Positions 25,515 to 27,421 of a stretch of 27,421 nucleotides of DNA are shown piece by piece. The position numbers were made by a program, and so were the translations under genes. Under the pieces are notes generated by a model that had not been told where the DNA came from, made no database searches, and saw only the letters and a list, made by a program, of their open reading frames with translations. Position 1 is the stretch's first letter. Each line of letters opens with the position of its first letter. This stretch comes from a bacterium (lineage in GTDB: Bacteria; Zhuqueibacterota; Zhuqueibacteria; Oceanimicrobiales; Oceanimicrobiaceae), in contig JBBIIG010000023.1 in the NCBI GenBank assembly GCA_037446635.1, positions 34,923 to 62,343 of the forward strand, read 5' to 3'.

Positions 25515-27421
25515 ATGTTTATAGATGAATTTGGAAGCGTGGAAAAGCACCCGCAGACAAGCAACGGAGCTTTTCAATTCATCTACCTGTCCCTGATTGC
25601 CGTTGTACTCTTTCTCACCTTTGATGTTTATCCTGCTTTATCTCAGGGAACATCCTCGCCGATGATTTCTGGTTATCGCGACTTCACTTATACCGGCGGC
25701 AACGTAACCAGCATGCCCACCGAAGATAAGCCGGAGAGCAAACTCTGGTACGCGGATGGCCGGTGGTGGGCGATCATGTGGTCAACTTCTGAGGAGCTTT
25801 ATCGCATCCATCGTTTGGATCTGGCCAGCCAGTCATGGATTGACATTGGTGTGGATGTGGATGAACGCGGCCGTTCCGCCCAGGATGTTTACTGGGATGA
25901 AAACGCCAACAAGCTTTATATCGCCTCCCATGCCAAGTCCACCATTGACGCCACTGGAACACACGAGGCGCGGTTGTATCGTTACAGCTACAATTCCGCC
26001 AACGATACCTATACCCTTGACAGCGGATTTCCCAGCGTCATTAATAATACGAAGTCAAAGACGTTAGTCATTGCTAAAGACAGCAACGGCTATCTCTGGT
26101 CCACCTGGACCGACGTTTTGCGGGTTTGGTTGAGCCGTTCAACCGACAACGGTCAAACCTGGTCAACACCGTTTGAATTGCCGGGCCAGGGGATCGATTT
26201 GGCAATCGATCCTAATGACACAACCACAACTGAAGATATTTCAACGATCACTGAATTTGGAGGTAACCGGATTGGTGTGTTGTGGGGGAACCAAACCGAT
26301 AAGAAGTACTACTTTGCGGTTCATCTTGACAGCGATCCCGAGACCACCTGGCAGCCTCGTGAAATCGCTTTCGAAGATGTGAACCTGGGCAACGCCGCAG
26401 AAGACCATATCAAGGTAGTCACCAGCGCGAGCGGTCATGTGCTGGCGGTAGTGAAACATACTACAAACAATGGCAGCCTTCCCGAGGTATCGGTGCTGAA
26501 GCGCGATCCGTTGACTGGAGCGTGGTCAAGCGGGATATTCGGACTGCGCGCCGATGAGCATACTCGCCCCATCCTATTGTTGGACTCGGACACCGATAGC
26601 GTTTATGTGTTTGCTCACAGCACCGACGTTGCTCCCAGAACCATATTTTATAAATCCGCGCATGTGAGCACGTTGAATTTTCCAACGGGTTTGGGACGCA
26701 TTTTTATACGAGGCTTTTCAGGCGATGAACCGAATAGCCCGACTGCGACCAGACAGCGCGTCAACTCCAGCACGGGATTAGTGGTTTTGGCGAGCGATAA
26801 TGATGGCCCGACGCGCTACTATTTTCACAACTTTTTGGCGTTGGGGGGCAATGGCCGGCCGGTGGCGGTCAACGACGTCGTCACCGTGCCCATGAACACG
26901 CCGACGGCCATTAATGTCTTCGCCAACGATACCGACGATGATGCCATCGCTGTCTCCAGTGTGGCGATCGTCCAGAACCCAGCCAACGGCACCGTGTCGG
27001 TGAATTCCACCACTGGGGTGGTGACGTACACCGGCAACCCGGGTTTTTCCGGCAGCGATTCGTTCCTCTATACAATAAAGGATAACGAAGGGGAAAGCGC
27101 CATTGCTGCCACGGTATCGGTTACGGTTTCCACCAATCAGCCGCCGGTGGCCAACAATGATAACGCCACTACGAATGAAGACACGCCGGTGAACATCGAT
27201 GTGCTGGCTAACGATGCGGATCCGGTGGGAGAGATCGACCCAACGACTGTGTTGGTGACCAGCGGACCGACCAACGGTACAACGTTGGTAAACGCGACGA
27301 CAGGTGTGATAACCTACACCCCGAACGCCAACTTTTTTGGCAGCGATTCATTCACCTATACCGTCAATGATAACAACGGCGACGTCTCCAATGGGGCAAC
27401 GGTGAGCATCATAGTTACGGA
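25515..27421 (+). CDS. 3'-truncated paralogue of the giant protein (extended signal, same head domain, first two Big_9 repeats); not in the ORF track
   Basis: Hand translation is open for 635 codons to the window end: MFIDEFGSVEKHPQTSNGAFQFIYLSL...PALS|QGTSSPMISGYRDF...PTEDKPESKLWYADGRWWAIMW...YFHNFLALGGNGRPVAVND... Big_9 repeats start at ~26850. Confidence 0.93.
   Translation, partial: MFIDEFGSVEKHPQTSNGAFQFIYLSLIAVVLFLTFDVYPALSQGTSSPMISGYRDFTYTGGNVTSMPTEDKPESKLWYADGRWWAIMWSTSEELYRIHRLDLASQSWIDIGVDVDERGRSAQDVYWDENANKLYIASHAKSTIDATGTHEARLYRYSYNSANDTYTLDSGFPSVINNTKSKTLVIAKDSNGYLWSTWTDVLRVWLSRSTDNGQTWSTPFELPGQGIDLAIDPNDTTTTEDISTITEFGGNRIGVLWGNQTDKKYYFAVHLDSDPETTWQPREIAFEDVNLGNAAEDHIKVVTSASGHVLAVVKHTTNNGSLPEVSVLKRDPLTGAWSSGIFGLRADEHTRPILLLDSDTDSVYVFAHSTDVAPRTIFYKSAHVSTLNFPTGLGRIFIRGFSGDEPNSPTATRQRVNSSTGLVVLASDNDGPTRYYFHNFLALGGNGRPVAVNDVVTVPMNTPTAINVFANDTDDDAIAVSSVAIVQNPANGTVSVNSTTGVVTYTGNPGFSGSDSFLYTIKDNEGESAIAATVSVTVSTNQPPVANNDNATTNEDTPVNIDVLANDADPVGEIDPTTVLVTSGPTNGTTLVNATTGVITYTPNANFFGSDSFTYTVNDNNGDVSNGATVSIIVT

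Noticed and set aside
25756..27037. Small ORFs listed in the track near the window end
   Set aside because: All lie within the open + frame starting at 25515, which is homologous to the giant protein.

Overview
Bacterial window with five co-oriented (+) genes for secreted modular proteins. The four whose C-termini are visible end in a T9SS type-A-like/FlgD-Ig sorting domain (NYPNPFN...). This, with strong Shine-Dalgarno sites, suggests a non-Bacteroidia FCB-group organism such as KSB1 or Calditrichota (inference). Gene order: (1) the 3' end of a CTD protein; (2) a beta-propeller phytase homologue with many catalytic residues replaced; (3) a LamG + CRTAC1 (FG-GAP/ASPIC-UnbV) + IPT + DNRLRE/CBM96-like protein; (4) a 6371-aa giant with an uncharacterised N-terminal propeller-like head, 29 cadherin-like Big_9 repeats, 21 IPT/TIG domains, 6 DNRLRE/CBM96-like modules, LamG and a CTD; (5) the 5' part of a tandem paralogue of the giant, absent from the ORF track because it runs off the window. 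The spacers hold several stem-loops, including a three-way-junction candidate upstream of the giant gene. I found no mobile elements, tRNA/rRNA genes or CRISPR arrays. Domain calls come from motif recognition by eye, not database searches.
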